From Lepidodermella squamata (taxonomy: Eukaryota; Animalia; Gastrotricha): a stretch of DNA of 64,000 bases. How positions within the stretch are numbered: the first letter of the stretch is position 1; the number at the start of each line of letters is the position of its first letter. The position numbers and the translations under genes are program-made. Where the stretch lies: positions 1,240,001 through 1,304,000 of the forward strand of contig JBLDXI010000033.1 of NCBI GenBank assembly GCA_047495785.1, read 5' to 3'. Shown here piece by piece: positions 46,750 to 58,929 of this stretch. The notes below the pieces were generated by a model, which was not told where the DNA came from, made no database searches, and was given only the letters and a program-made list of their open reading frames with translations.

Positions 46750-49236
46750 ATGATGAATAATTTTGTAAAATTACTCTTCATTCTCGGCATCGCCCATGCG
46801 CGTAAGATGAATCAGATTTCCATGCTTGCATTGGTACCGCAATTAATGGAAGAGGTTCATGGAGGCATGAGTTGTCAACTCGCAATGCAAGTCGCCGTCG
46901 ACAGCGCCAATAATCGCTCGGATATCCTCGAAAATTACCACCTTGATATCACCTACGCCGATGAGGGCGAAGATGTGTTCGAAGCGAAAGGCAACGCGAT
47001 CCGGAATTTCTTCAATTTTCTGAACAGCGAAATTCCGGGAAATACAACACTCAGCCCAATAGTTGTTGGAACGGTGAGCCCGAATGGCTGCCAATTTATC
47101 GGAGCCTTTGCGCATCTATTCAACATGGTCGAAATTGGAATTGGCTGCAGTTTGCCCCTCTTCTCAGCAAATCGTAAATATTTTCCGAATTTTTATCGAA
47201 GCGGCATTTCGGACGAAGTTGCTCTCAATTCCGTTAGCAAATTTATCAAAAATGTCGGCCGTTGGTCTCGAGTTGCTATTCTGTCCAGCTCATTTGTCGA
47301 CTACGATTACATTATGGCTGCTCAGGCCTACAAAGCCCTAAGCAATGAAGGGCTAAAGGTTGCTTGGTTTGATGAATTTCCTGGTATCAATGACGGTTTC
47401 ATCTCCTTAAAATCGGCCAACGTTCGAATTATCGTAATTTTCATGCTTCAATACGACCTACTATGGGGAACTTTGTGCCAGTGGCATAGAGTAGGAATCA
47501 CGCCAGATGCTGGCTACATTTTCATTTTCAGAGGAACCCAAGTTTACAACGACCAGCTGATTCAAGCTCTAGATCCTATTTGCCCAAGAAAAATCATCGT
47601 TTCTCAATTTCGAGCCGCATTTTTTGTCGGCGTGATTGATTTTCCGGATTATATGAATGAATCGTATTCGTCCTTGGGCTATGACCTAGCTGGTTTCGAT
47701 GCAAGGTTCTTTCAACTTGTTCGATCTTTTGACATCCCATTTTTTAAGATAGTTAAAGGTTACCAGTTGAGGACTCGATGTCACGATACCATGCTTCAAG
47801 CTATAATGACCTTGGATCAAGCCGAAAAACGCCTAAACTCGATGCTAAATCTAACCCTGGGTGATTATCAGAAATTCCCGGAGATAGTTGCTGAAATAGT
47901 GAATATCAGTGCTTCTCAGGTCCTGTATACCGGTATCCGAGGTATTGGACCTGTCAAGTACTCGGAGAGACTTGAATTCGAACATGAGCCGCAGCATGTT
48001 AAGCAATATTTGCCTGGATCGAACGGCGATGATTTATTTCTATTCAAACTGATTAATACTGGTCGATGGCCTTATAACAGCAGTCATTTTGAGCTAAAGA
48101 AATACGGCGAACCGATTTGGCCGTTTAGCCCCACCCCAGGGCAGCCTCCAAGAGATTCATGGGCGACAAAAGAGGTCATGATTCCACCCTCCGATGCTTT
48201 GCAAATTTTCGTTTTAACAACCGGTGGTTTATTGGGAATTATTCAACTCAGCTTCGCAATTCGAATGCTGGTTATATTCAAGAAAGGCCGGTTGGTTCGA
48301 AGCAGAATGTTATTTCTCACCGGGATTTTCATTTCAAATTTCGCTTCGATGACGTTTGTCCTGGAAACTCCCAACTCTGAAATATGCATCTTGAGGTACG
48401 GCTTAACCGTGATCGCAGTCGCGGTAGTCACTGGATCAATTTACAGCAAATTACTGACGATATTTCGCTATCATCGAGAACAGCAGCATAGCAAGCTATT
48501 TTCAGTCGATCATTCGATCAAATTCGAACATAACACTGGCACTCATCATCATCAGCGTAGGCGATCCAGCACCGTTCAGGCGCATCATTTTCCTGAAAAT
48601 CAATCGATCAGGGAGAGCAGGACATGGTCGATGAGTGTTAGACCTATTCATAGAAATAATCTCGACATCGCTTCCCTGGAAAGGGTCGAAAAAAGTACAA
48701 TTTACCCGGCGTTAATTTTCACGGCGGTTAATTTTGTAATATTGCTTGCCTGGTTTCTAACGAATTCGCCGCGAGTTGAAATTCGAGATTACGCGAAACA
48801 GCCGATCTATTACGAACGAGAATCAGACACTTTCATCAGCCAGAAAGTTGAACAATGCAGCTCTGGCGATCAAATCAGCTGGATCGGAGCATTTATCGGT
48901 ATCCATTCGTTACTTTTGATTCTATCACTTCTCTTGGCTTATGAGTTGCGACATTTCGGGTCTGAGAACGTTCTGTTGGCATCGGATGTCCAGCAAACTA
49001 GGATTTCCGCGATTAACGTTACATTCATGATGATAGCTGTCGTGATCATTATGTTTATTTTTAGCGGTGACTCGCTGATTCAGAGAGAAATCATGGCAAT
49101 ATCGCTGCTGATCAACTCACTGATTTCAACGGTGGTTTTATTCTCCAATAGGTCGCATTTGAAACGAAACTACGACAGCCCGCCACTGCAGGAGGACAAT
49201 AGCCGTCGGCAAACTCGGCCGTCTATTGATCATTAG
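46750..49236 (+). CDS. Class C GPCR, GABA-B-receptor-like (Venus-flytrap domain directly joined to 7TM), single coding exon
   Basis: Signal peptide; AMQVAVDSANNRSDILENYHL; NRKYFPNFYR; WSRVAIL; LKSANVRII; PPRD before TM1; C in ECL1 and ECL2; LLAYELR; no Cys-rich domain. Confidence 0.85.
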   Translation: MMNNFVKLLFILGIAHARKMNQISMLALVPQLMEEVHGGMSCQLAMQVAVDSANNRSDILENYHLDITYADEGEDVFEAKGNAIRNFFNFLNSEIPGNTTLSPIVVGTVSPNGCQFIGAFAHLFNMVEIGIGCSLPLFSANRKYFPNFYRSGISDEVALNSVSKFIKNVGRWSRVAILSSSFVDYDYIMAAQAYKALSNEGLKVAWFDEFPGINDGFISLKSANVRIIVIFMLQYDLLWGTLCQWHRVGITPDAGYIFIFRGTQVYNDQLIQALDPICPRKIIVSQFRAAFFVGVIDFPDYMNESYSSLGYDLAGFDARFFQLVRSFDIPFFKIVKGYQLRTRCHDTMLQAIMTLDQAEKRLNSMLNLTLGDYQKFPEIVAEIVNISASQVLYTGIRGIGPVKYSERLEFEHEPQHVKQYLPGSNGDDLFLFKLINTGRWPYNSSHFELKKYGEPIWPFSPTPGQPPRDSWATKEVMIPPSDALQIFVLTTGGLLGIIQLSFAIRMLVIFKKGRLVRSRMLFLTGIFISNFASMTFVLETPNSEICILRYGLTVIAVAVVTGSIYSKLLTIFRYHREQQHSKLFSVDHSIKFEHNTGTHHHQRRRSSTVQAHHFPENQSIRESRTWSMSVRPIHRNNLDIASLERVEKSTIYPALIFTAVNFVILLAWFLTNSPRVEIRDYAKQPIYYERESDTFISQKVEQCSSGDQISWIGAFIGIHSLLLILSLLLAYELRHFGSENVLLASDVQQTRISAINVTFMMIAVVIIMFIFSGDSLIQREIMAISLLINSLISTVVLFSNRSHLKRNYDSPPLQEDNSRRQTRPSIDH

Positions 49237-49702
49237 TTACTGTTATTTTCTGCCTGTTATTTCGTCGGTTGATGATGTAACGAAATCGTCGATGTTCTAA
49301 TAAAAAGACTCATCAACAGCTACACTTTTATTTGATTCGAAATTGAGAAAACTTTGCGAATTTCACCTGACATGAGTCAACAAAAATGTTCATTGGCGGG
49401 TGTAGAAAGGTTTTTGCAGCGGGATAGTAATTACCTACTGCCGATTTTTATTAATCTTCAAAAGTCGCGTCGGCACGAAAAATGATACTTTTTGGAAAAT
49501 CCTGGAAAATAAACTTTATGAAAATGACTAAATTCGTAATTTACAAGCTGCTTGTCACTATATCCTTATCTGGGACAATAATAATATAGCAGCAGGGTCC
49601 CAACATCGCCGTAAAGCTAAGATCAAGCGGACTATTATTTTATTTCAAAGTGTAGATTCAATCAGCAAGCAGAATAATTGAGGCAGCATCGGTTATGAAA
49701 AT

Positions 49703-50813
49703 TTAGTTGAATTGCAGGAGAACTTTCTCCTGAGTGAAGCCTTTCGTGGCGTGTTGAACAGCTTCCTTGAATTGGGCTGCCGGGAATTTGCGGAAAGCCG
49801 GCTCTTTCAGCTTACCAGTAACGAAAAGCTTGACAACCTCGCCAATAATAGCTCCGAATTCCTCAGGTTTGTGGGTTGAGGCCCATCTTGAAAATAAATT
49901 TAATTAATACACATCAACATTGCACATAATATGATTCCTTACTGAGTAAGCCAGAATCCTCGAACGTGAATATCCCGGAAAATAAGCTCAGCCTGCGAAG
50001 TGAAAACGGGTTTTCCGGACAGTCCGCCGTAGTTAGCCAAGGTGCCGCCATTTCCCAAGGCAGCAGCGAGGTGAAGAGCGGACTCTCCACCAATAGCGTC
50101 TAGAGCCAATTTAGGAGCAGGAAGACCCAAGTTGAGTTTGTCAATGCCGGCTTTGAGCTGGTCCTCGGTGATAACCGCAGATGCGCCAAGGCCTTTCAGC
50201 AGGGTGACGACCTCTTGGAGATTGGGACGATCCCGAACGACATTGATGGTCTTGATGCCTGCGTCACGAGCCATCTGATTCATCAACTGGCCCAAAGCTG
50301 AGTTTGCAGCGTTGAAAATGACAACATCGCCCGCGGCAATCGGGACAATGTACTTCAACATCCTATTTCCAGAAATTATTTCAGAATTGAACATAATTAT
50401 TTTAAGGAGGCTCACAAATATGCCGTGACGGGGTTTACGATCAAGGTAGCAGCAGCTTCGATTGAAAGCTCTTTCGGCAGTTTGACGAGGTCCTTCTCAA
50501 GGGCGACACCACCTTGACGCCAGAGCCCCCAAAGTGGGGTTTGGATCAGGACTCGATCGCCGGGTTGGAAAGCTCCAGTTGATGATTTGACGATTTCAGC
50601 GACTCCTTCTAGACCGGGCACGCCTGGTGCTGGCTGGCGGGTCGGGTAACGGCCTTTGATGGCACCGATGTCAGATGGGTTCACCGGTGACAGCAGAACG
50701 CGTACCTCGGCTTCTCCTGGTTGGAGAGTTGTCGGTACTGGTTCGCTTTGCAGTGATAGAACTTCATCAGGGTTTCCATATGCTTGGTAGACAATCTTCG
50801 AATAGGTCGACAT
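49703..50813 (-). CDS. MECR/Etr1-like enoyl reductase, copy 5 (inverted near-duplicate of copy 4)
   Basis: PVNPSD...GRY; exon 2 protein differs from copy 4 by about one residue; two introns. Confidence 0.92.
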
Positions 50814-51582
50814 GGTGATTTATTATTCGAGGAAATTGAAAGGGCAATTGCAAGTGAAATGCAATGAGCGGTATTTTTTGTCCTTTTATACTCTTTATCT
50901 GACCCTCTTTCCTTGGCAGACATCTCGTTTCGAGCTATGTTAACATTATAATACAAAGCCGTATTTTTCAGTCCAAGAAATTTGGCCGACCTCTGGACAT
51001 CGGTATGAAGGTCAAAGTCCGGCTTCTCTCTACACACTCGTATAATACGGTTTGGATTTTTGACCCACATCCAAGTCCGGCTTTTTTATATACGTAAGCG
51101 TGTATAACACGTGGTCGATGTGGTTGAAAAGTTCAAATTGTACATTTATTATTAAATTATTAGATGGTGCTTAGAATTTTCACTGGTTTTCTGCTAGTTA
51201 GCCTATCGCGGTTTACAATCTTATTAATTTTTATTGAATCAGCTGTAATATTTTCCGCAAAGGGTATTGGAGAAATTAGTGGAATCGAGTCCAATGTTGC
51301 TAGGCCTTATCTCTAACACTGCTGAATGAACATATTATTTTTCTAGAAATTACTTTTCTTTTATTAAAGTTTTTATCTACAGTTCCATATCAGCCGCGAG
51401 CTTGAATGTCAGATTGAACATTGACCCCGACCAATTTCAGCTCCAAAACACGTGCCTAAATAATCAATAAAAACGCCCGAGATACGGCCCTCCATATATA
51501 TAAACCCTCGTGCTCAGAAGAAAACGCATTTATTATTTTTGCTGTAGAATTTTTGCGATTAATTTTCCATTGAGTGATCATC

Positions 51583-52692
51583 ATGACCACAAGCAAGAAG
51601 CTAGTTTATGCAAGCTATGCCGAAGATCCAGCCACCGTGCTGAAGATCGAGGAGGAGACCGTGCCTGAGCCACAGGCCGGCGAACTTCTCGTCAAGGTTC
51701 TGTTCACCCCAATCAACCCTAGCGACAACTTGACTGTTCAAGGCAAATACCTGCACCGCCCGCCTGTCCCGTCGACACCAGGCCTCGAGGGTGTTGTTGA
51801 AGTTGTCAAGTCAAACAGCGCTGCCTTCCAACCTGGCGATCGCGGTCTGATTCAAGCTCAATTCTGGGGCATGTGGCGCCAGTATGGCATTGTTAATGAA
51901 AAGAACTTCAATAAACTGCCCAAGGAGCTGCCAGTCGAAGCTGCAGCTACCTTAATTGTCAACCCATGCACAGCCTATCTGTATGCTGATTTCAAAATTA
52001 TTTAGATTTTTTCAATTTTTCTACCCATTTCTTCAGGATGGTGAAAGAAATCGTTCCGCTCGCTGCTGGAGATGTTCTGATCCAAAATGGAGCCAACTCA
52101 GCCCTGGGTAAAATTGTAATCCAGCTGGCTCGTGCTCATGGAATCAAGACCATCAACGTCGTCCGAAACCGACCGAATCTGCAAGAACTGGTCGATGAGC
52201 TGAAGAAGCTCGGAGCTGATGCTGTCATCACCGACGAGCAGCTGAAGGGCGGTATTGCCAAGTTGAACCTTGGCCTTCCAGCCCCGAAATTGGCCTTGGA
52301 ATGCGTCGGTGGCGAGGCCAGCTTGCACCTTGCTTCGGCCCTGGCGAACGGCGGAACCCTTGCCAACTACGGCCTGTTGACAAACGACCCGGTTTTCACA
52401 TCACAGGCTGACCTCATTTTCCGCGACATTCGAGTTGTTGGTTTCTGGCTGTCAAAGTGAGTTGTCACCAGCTGAAATTTTCCAGCTGTAAAATAATCTT
52501 TTTTTGTTAAGGTGGGTCATGGATCATTCGGCAGAATTCGGCAAGGTTATTCAAGCCGTTGCTGGTCTATACATCAGCAAACAGTTGGAGTTGCCCAAGT
52601 TCCGCAAATTCCCGGTCGAACAATACAAGGAAGCCATCAAGCACTCGCTGACTGGATTCACCAACGAAAAAGTCCTTCTCCAGTTCAACTAA
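51583..52692 (+). CDS. MECR/Etr1-like enoyl reductase, copy 6
   Basis: PINPSD...GKY, VNPCTAY, NGANSALG, GFWL; two introns; TATA box upstream. Confidence 0.92.
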
Positions 52693-53819
52693 ACTTCTGT
52701 TTTCGCCCTGAGCATATAAATAAAGCAAATATTGTGCTAATTTGCCCTTTCCGTTCAATAAATCGTCGCTTTCATTTCGGGGATAAAGCAGAAAGAATTT
52801 TCAAATTTGGGACGCAGAGCAGAACCACTCATTTTCGCAGTCTGAATCGTTTAACGTTTCGAATGGCTTTCGAAAAATAGTATTCAACGATAATCTCATC
52901 AAATTTTTCATGTCGAATGGAGCAAATATACCAGCTGCCAATATTAAGGGGAAATTTATTTTAGTCCCAATATCTAGTTCTAAGTCGAACTATTTTTTGC
53001 TGGATCGGTCGCGGTGGTGGTGTTGGTTGGTGGGTGTGATTTTTTTATTAACAAAAATCACTAAATTTTTTATTTTTGTTAATAAAAAAAATTACCAATC
53101 AAGTGAAAGAAGCGCGTGCTCCCAAGATCCTATCAAATTGACCACCCAAGTTGGACTTTGACTCTGCAAATCGGGATAAAAATGTTCAACTTCAAAGTGG
53201 AATGCGTCCATGAAACCTTGTGAGAAATCAGGCGATTATTTGGGTTTTTCATGAGTTTTTACATGTCACCATATAATGAATATAATGTTTTAGAAGACGG
53301 AGGAATTTTTCCCGCAAATAGAGCCCTCTTTATAAAGCGAATGACTTCTATTTTTTTGTCACATGATCGTAATCAGCCGGCTTCGTTGGTAATTGGAAAT
53401 ATTTATGACTTAATTAGCCCAAAAATGCTTTCGCCGGTAATTTTCAAGATTTTTTAAAATATAAGATAAGAGCCACAGAATCCCCTTCAAAACCTTAACA
53501 TTTCATTTTAAATCGAATGAAGGTCATGTGGGGGAAAAGGCAACAGCCAGTACTTAAACTACGATCATCGTTAAGGAAAAGAGCGCAAGTCTCACTTTTC
53601 AGGCCATACCTAAGGTGTCGTTGAATAGAGGTTATTTTCAAGCGAATTGCGCCTTACTTCTATATTAAAAAGTTTTTCATGCAATTTTTGACCCACTTTT
53701 AAAGCTTAAATGACACGTGCCTCGACAGCAGCGCGTATAAAAACGCGCGGTCTCAGCATGCTTTTGATATTTATTATATTTCTAGTGAAGTCTCGCAATT
53801 GATTTTTTCAGGAGCAATC

Positions 53820-54951
53820 ATGACCACAAGCAAGAAGCTAGTTTATGCCAGCTATGCTGAAGATCCAGCCACCGTGCTGAAGATTGAGGAGGAGACCGTG
53901 CCTGAGCCACAGGCCGGCGAACTTCTCGTCAAGGTTCTGTTCAGCCCCATCAATCCTAGCGACAGCTTGACTCTTAAGGGTGTATATCCAAATCGCCCGC
54001 CACTTCCGTCTACACCCGGCCTCGAGGGTGTTGTCGAAGTTGTCAAGTCAAATAGCGCCGCCTTCCAGCCTGGCGATCGCGGTTTGGTCCACGCTCCATT
54101 CTGGGGCATGTGGCGCCAGTACGGCATTGTTGGCGAAAAGAACTTCAATAAACTGCCCAAGGAGCTGCCAGTTGAAGCTGCAGCTACCTTAATTGTCAAT
54201 CCATGCACGGCTTATCTGTATGTTGATTTCAAAATCATTTTGATTTTCTATCCTTAATCCATTGATAATTATTTTTATCCAATTATTTTTAGGATGGTGA
54301 AAGAAATCGTGCCTCTCGCTGCCGGAGACGTTTTGATTCAAAACGGGGCCAACTCGGCCCTAGGTAAAATTGTAATCCAACTGGCTCGTGCTCATGGCAT
54401 CAAGACCATCAACGTCGTCCGAAACCGACCGAACCTGCAAGAACTGGTCGATGAGCTGAAGAAGCTCGGAGCTGATGCTGTCATTACTGACGAACAGCTG
54501 AAGGGCGGTATTGCAAAGTTGAATCTTGGCCTCCCAGCTCCGAAATTGGCTCTTGAATGCGTCGGCGGTGAAAGTAGTCTGCACCTTGCATCGTCCCTCG
54601 CCAATGGTGGAACCCTTGCCAACTACGGCTTGTTGGGTGGCCAGCCGGTTTTCACATCGCAGGCTGACCTCATTTTCCGCGACATTCGTGTTGTTGGCTT
54701 CAATTTGAATAAGTGAGTTATTGCTACATCCAACAATTTTTTCTGAAGGATACGATATTATTCGTTCAAGTTGGATAGTGGGAAAACCGGAAGAATTCGG
54801 CAAGGCGATTCAAGCTGTAGTTGGCCTATACATCAGCAAACAGTTGGAGTTGCCCAAATTTCGCAAATTTCCTATGGAGCAATACCAAGAGGCTATCAAG
54901 CATTCAACTGCTGGATTCACCAACGAAAAAGTCCTGCTCCAGTTCAACTGA
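53820..54951 (+). CDS. MECR/Etr1-like enoyl reductase, copy 7 (close paralog of copy 6)
   Basis: PINPSD...GVY; GFNL replaces GFWL; two introns. Confidence 0.92.
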
Positions 54952-55559
54952 CAATTTTTTGCGCTGAGCTAAAAATAAAGTTGATGAGCTATTTTTGAGT
55001 CGTTTTTTTGCTGGTTAAATTGCTATTTTCTATTATCATTTCTTCCGTTATTTTCTTTCATCTGGCGTGCGGGCGAGTGCAAGAATATTCTGCGCTTAAT
55101 TACCACTAAAGTTCGCCTAGAAAGAACTTTACTACCCGGTCATATTAATATTGCTAATATGTGTCGACTCTACGCTCTTTTTGTTTAACTCGCCCAGGTA
55201 GATGATAATGAGGTGCCAGCAAGTGAGGGAGCTTGTGTATTATCATTATTCGAGGAAGAAAAAAATAGCGCAATTGTTTTATTTTTAGCGAATGCGCAGT
55301 TAAAAATACTCGAAATTTCACAGTTTTAAAGCACGCCTGGCGGCGTCCGCGTGGGAGGATAGCTATTTTCTACCTAGAGAATAGCAAGAAAAGATGAGCG
55401 CGCGAGGAGGCGGCGTTCTCAGGTTGATAACAGACCAGGCAAAAAAATAACTAATAATTAAAAAAGACACGTCCGACAGCGTATAAAACAAGCCGCAGAA
55501 CTGAGGTTCTTTCACGCACAATATTTTATTGTCAATAATTTTTCGAAATTTTACTAAAC

Positions 55560-56681
55560 ATGCCTCACAACAACCCTAACAAACTCGCCTTCTCAGACTT
55601 TGGCGACCCGTTCAGCAAGTTGGATCTGGTTGACGACGAGCTGCCGGAAAAACTCGCACCAGGCCAAATTCACGTTCGAGTGCTTTACGCGCCTATTAAT
55701 CCGCACGATTTCATCACCGTCATGGGTTTTTTCCCGATCAAGCCATCTCTGCCTGCCGTGCCCGGTATTGAAGGCGTTGTCGAGGTCGTGAGAGGCGAAT
55801 CGACCTATTTCAAACCTGGCGATCGAGCTGTGCTTCAAACACTCGTAGCAACAGCTGGCTTGTGGCGTCAAGAATTTGTCATTCACGAGAAATTTCTGTA
55901 CAAAATCCCGCCCGAGCTGCCAATGGAAGCCGCAGCCACGCTCATCGTGAATCCATGCACTGCTTACATGTAAATATTATTTCTCAATATTTTAAAAAAT
56001 TTCCATTAAGGAGGAATTTTTATTTTCTAATTTTTATATTTGACACAGCTTTAATTTTGTTGTGTTTTTATTAGTTTGATCAATGAAATTGTGCCGCTCA
56101 AGCCTGGCGATTGCATCATTCAAAACGCTGCCAATTCCGCACTGGGTCAGGTCATCATTCAATTAGCCCGAGCCGCCGGGATCAAATCTATCAATGTCAT
56201 AAGAAACCGACCAAATCTCCAAGAAACTATCGATATGTTGAAAGAGCTAGGCGCGGATGCCGTCATCACGGATGAGCAACTCGCTGCGGGTATCGATAAG
56301 CTGAATCTTGGCCTTCCAGAGCCGAGAATTGCTTTTGAATGCGTTGGAGGCAAAGCTGCGGGTGATTTAGCTGCAACTCTTGGTTTCGGTGGCACCTTGG
56401 TTACTTATGGCCTGATGAGTGGCCAGCCTATGCAGCTTGACCAAATGAGTGTCATCATGAAAGACCTTCGCGTAGTTGGCTTCACACTCAATTCATGGAT
56501 GGATAACGAGTATAAAGCCAAGGATTTCGAGAAGGTGCTCGTTAAACTCATTCAGCTATACTCAAGCGGTGCTCTACGCTTGCCTAAGATCAACAAATTT
56601 CCAATTGAACAATGGCGCGATGCACTGAAACTGGCGACCACTAGCTACTCAAACACCAAAGTTCTACTGCAAATGAATTGA
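55560..56681 (+). CDS. MECR/Etr1-like enoyl reductase, copy 8 (most divergent)
   Basis: PINPHD...MGFF, VNPCTAY, NAANSALG, GFTL; first intron only. Confidence 0.9.
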
Positions 56682-56879
56682 AAAAAATATTGCGCACTTT
56701 TGATAATAGACTCGTTAATTAGTTTAGCTCAGCATTGTTTTTCGTGCATATGTCTTTTGGATTCTTTTTCAAAAAGCAATAAAATTATTATTATTTTACT
56801 TGGTGAGTTGGCGTGACGAGATGAAAATTCTGAGGAAAGAGGATTGACGGGGTCATAAAATTCGAGCACCACTTATAGC

Positions 56880-57035
56880 AGGGTTGTAAGACAGTTCAGC
56901 AACGTGAGTTCAGCAGTGATATTTGAGCAGGAGACACTTCAGACTTCAGCAACTCCCACTTTAGCATTTGTATTATTCAGCAAACGACTCTTCAGCAGAA
57001 GACTTATGAGCAATGGCATATTACTTGAGCAAACT
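56880..57035. repeat. Degenerate TTCAGCA-repeat tract, probable transposon end
   Basis: GGTTGTAAGACAGTTCAGCA also occurs at ~18970; repeated TTCAGCA/TGAGCA units. Confidence 0.5.
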
Positions 57036-57039
57036 GATT

Positions 57040-57912
57040 TTATTGACAAATGGCCTCGGGAGCAAGTTTACGTTGCTAAAACGGGAGAAGTATGTCTACC
57101 AAAATTGCGGCTCCTAAACCGTGCCAAATCGAACATCTATATGAAAGCCGTCGCTATCGGAGACGATTTCCAATGAGTATGGATGGTGTTGGCTCGCCGC
57201 CAAGTCCCAAAAAAACGATTCCAATGGACCAAGTATGGACCAAGGAAGGCCACTTTAAGGCCGATTACAGCCAGAACATGAAAGACTTCCCCATTGATAA
57301 ACAAAATTGTTACTTTGAGTACAGCCTTCAACGATCGAAGAGAATTTTGACATTCATTGATCCGCCAAACTTTTTGTGGGATATTGACGCCGTTGAGCCG
57401 TTGAGTGGGCTGTTACGGATTTTAAGTCCTGCTGATCTTGGGCCCGCTTCAATGACTTTAATGCTACGACTGCTGTGTTTGAAGTTACACTGAAATGCTC
57501 GCCCAACTACCATATTGGAAATTAGTCTTTGCCCAGTGCGATTTAAGGCAGGTTGGATCTTGCAACTTTCCTTATGGCGCCTGCCATGCCTGAACGACCT
57601 TTATTTACAATCACGATTCTGCTAGCTATGGCTGTCAGTCAAACAGAGGTCATTGGCCAGGCTCCCAACACAGACAGTAATATTTTGAGCACTCACTTGC
57701 AATGGATGGCATGGTTCTCAGCCGTGGTCACGCTTTATCAGATGATGGCGCTGTGGCTGGCCTGGTCCTAGTTTGTGGATGGCAAACGCAAGATGAAGCG
57801 GCTGCTCGGGGGGAATATCGGTTTGGTTCGCTTTTTGGATGCTATCGCTTTATTGGTCGCCGATCTTCTTATGGATTTACTAAATGGTTTTGTCTTGCTG
57901 CTGAATATGTGA
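57040..57912 (+). pseudogene. Decayed divergent Cys-loop ligand-gated channel gene
   Basis: Fragments in shifting frames: MKDFPIDKQNCYFEY (first loop Cys lost), LATFLMAPAMPERPLFTITILLAMAV (M1-M2), VRFLDAIAL (M4); in-frame stops. Confidence 0.7.
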
Positions 57913-58036
57913 AAGATTCACAAGGAAAAAAAATCAATTTAAATTTGAACTGTGAAACCTCTCTATTTTTGTGATTTTTTTTCCTTTTCTATCCCTTTCT
58001 CTTTCATTTTTTTCTCGCGCCCTATTTTTGCATACC

Positions 58037-58471
58037 CTAGACTTTAATAAATGAAAATTACACTTTGATAAAACTAGCTTTAAAAAAGGAGCACCTCAGC
58101 CCCCTGGGGAAACCTAGCTGGCAGCTTTTTGAAGACCTTGTGAAAGGCCACCCAAAAAGCTACCAGCCAGCTTTCCCCGCAGGGGGCTGAGGTGCCCCTC
58201 CAAAAAACTAGCTTCATCGCAGTAAACTACAGGAGAGAAAAACGGGCAGAATAACAAACTAGCAATGATGAAAAAACTAGCAATCCTCCGCTCGCATGGT
58301 AATGGGGGCAAATCAATGTCATGTTGGTTGAGTGATCAGCTATCAGCTGAAATCTCTGACAGCGCAGCAGAAAAAAATCGATAATAATATGATTCATCTA
58401 CTTATCAAAGTGTAATTTACACAGCCATCAAAGTGTAATTTTCTATTCTATCAAAGTGTAATAAACCTCTA
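58037..58471. mobile_element. MITE-like remnant with nested hairpin repeat
   Basis: AAAATTACACTTTGATA at left vs three (T)ATCAAAGTGTAAT at right; internal GCACCTCAGCCCC / GGGGCTGAGGTGC inverted repeat and AAACTAGC units. Confidence 0.6.
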
Positions 58472-58929
58472 GAACTTGAACTTTGATACCCGAAACCGGG
58501 CCAGATTCAGTGCGTGATTTTCCTTCACAACGCAGGGCTGTTTTTAAGGCCAAAGGTTTTGGATGACTGACACGCGTCCATAAAGAATTAAGTTTTTTGC
58601 CTGTATCACAAATACGTTTTAGATTTTTTCAAACCAAGTCGTTTCTCACTTTTCACTTTGAAGTCAAAAAATTTCCGCTCCTTATTCGATTTGTTCGATG
58701 CATTGAGCTCATCAATAGCTCATTCCCATTTTTAAATTGAGCCTTCCCATTACCCATTTCCTGCGTGATTCGTAGTCAAAGGTCAAAGGCCGATTTAATC
58801 AAAACTTTCAGCAAAAAGAGAAGCAGCTTGACTTATGGGAAAACAGGCGGACCCAAGCTAAATCATTAGCACGCCTTCCTCTGTCCTTTGAGGCCTTTTT
58901 TATTTATGCGGTTTAGCTAGTTTTTGAAG

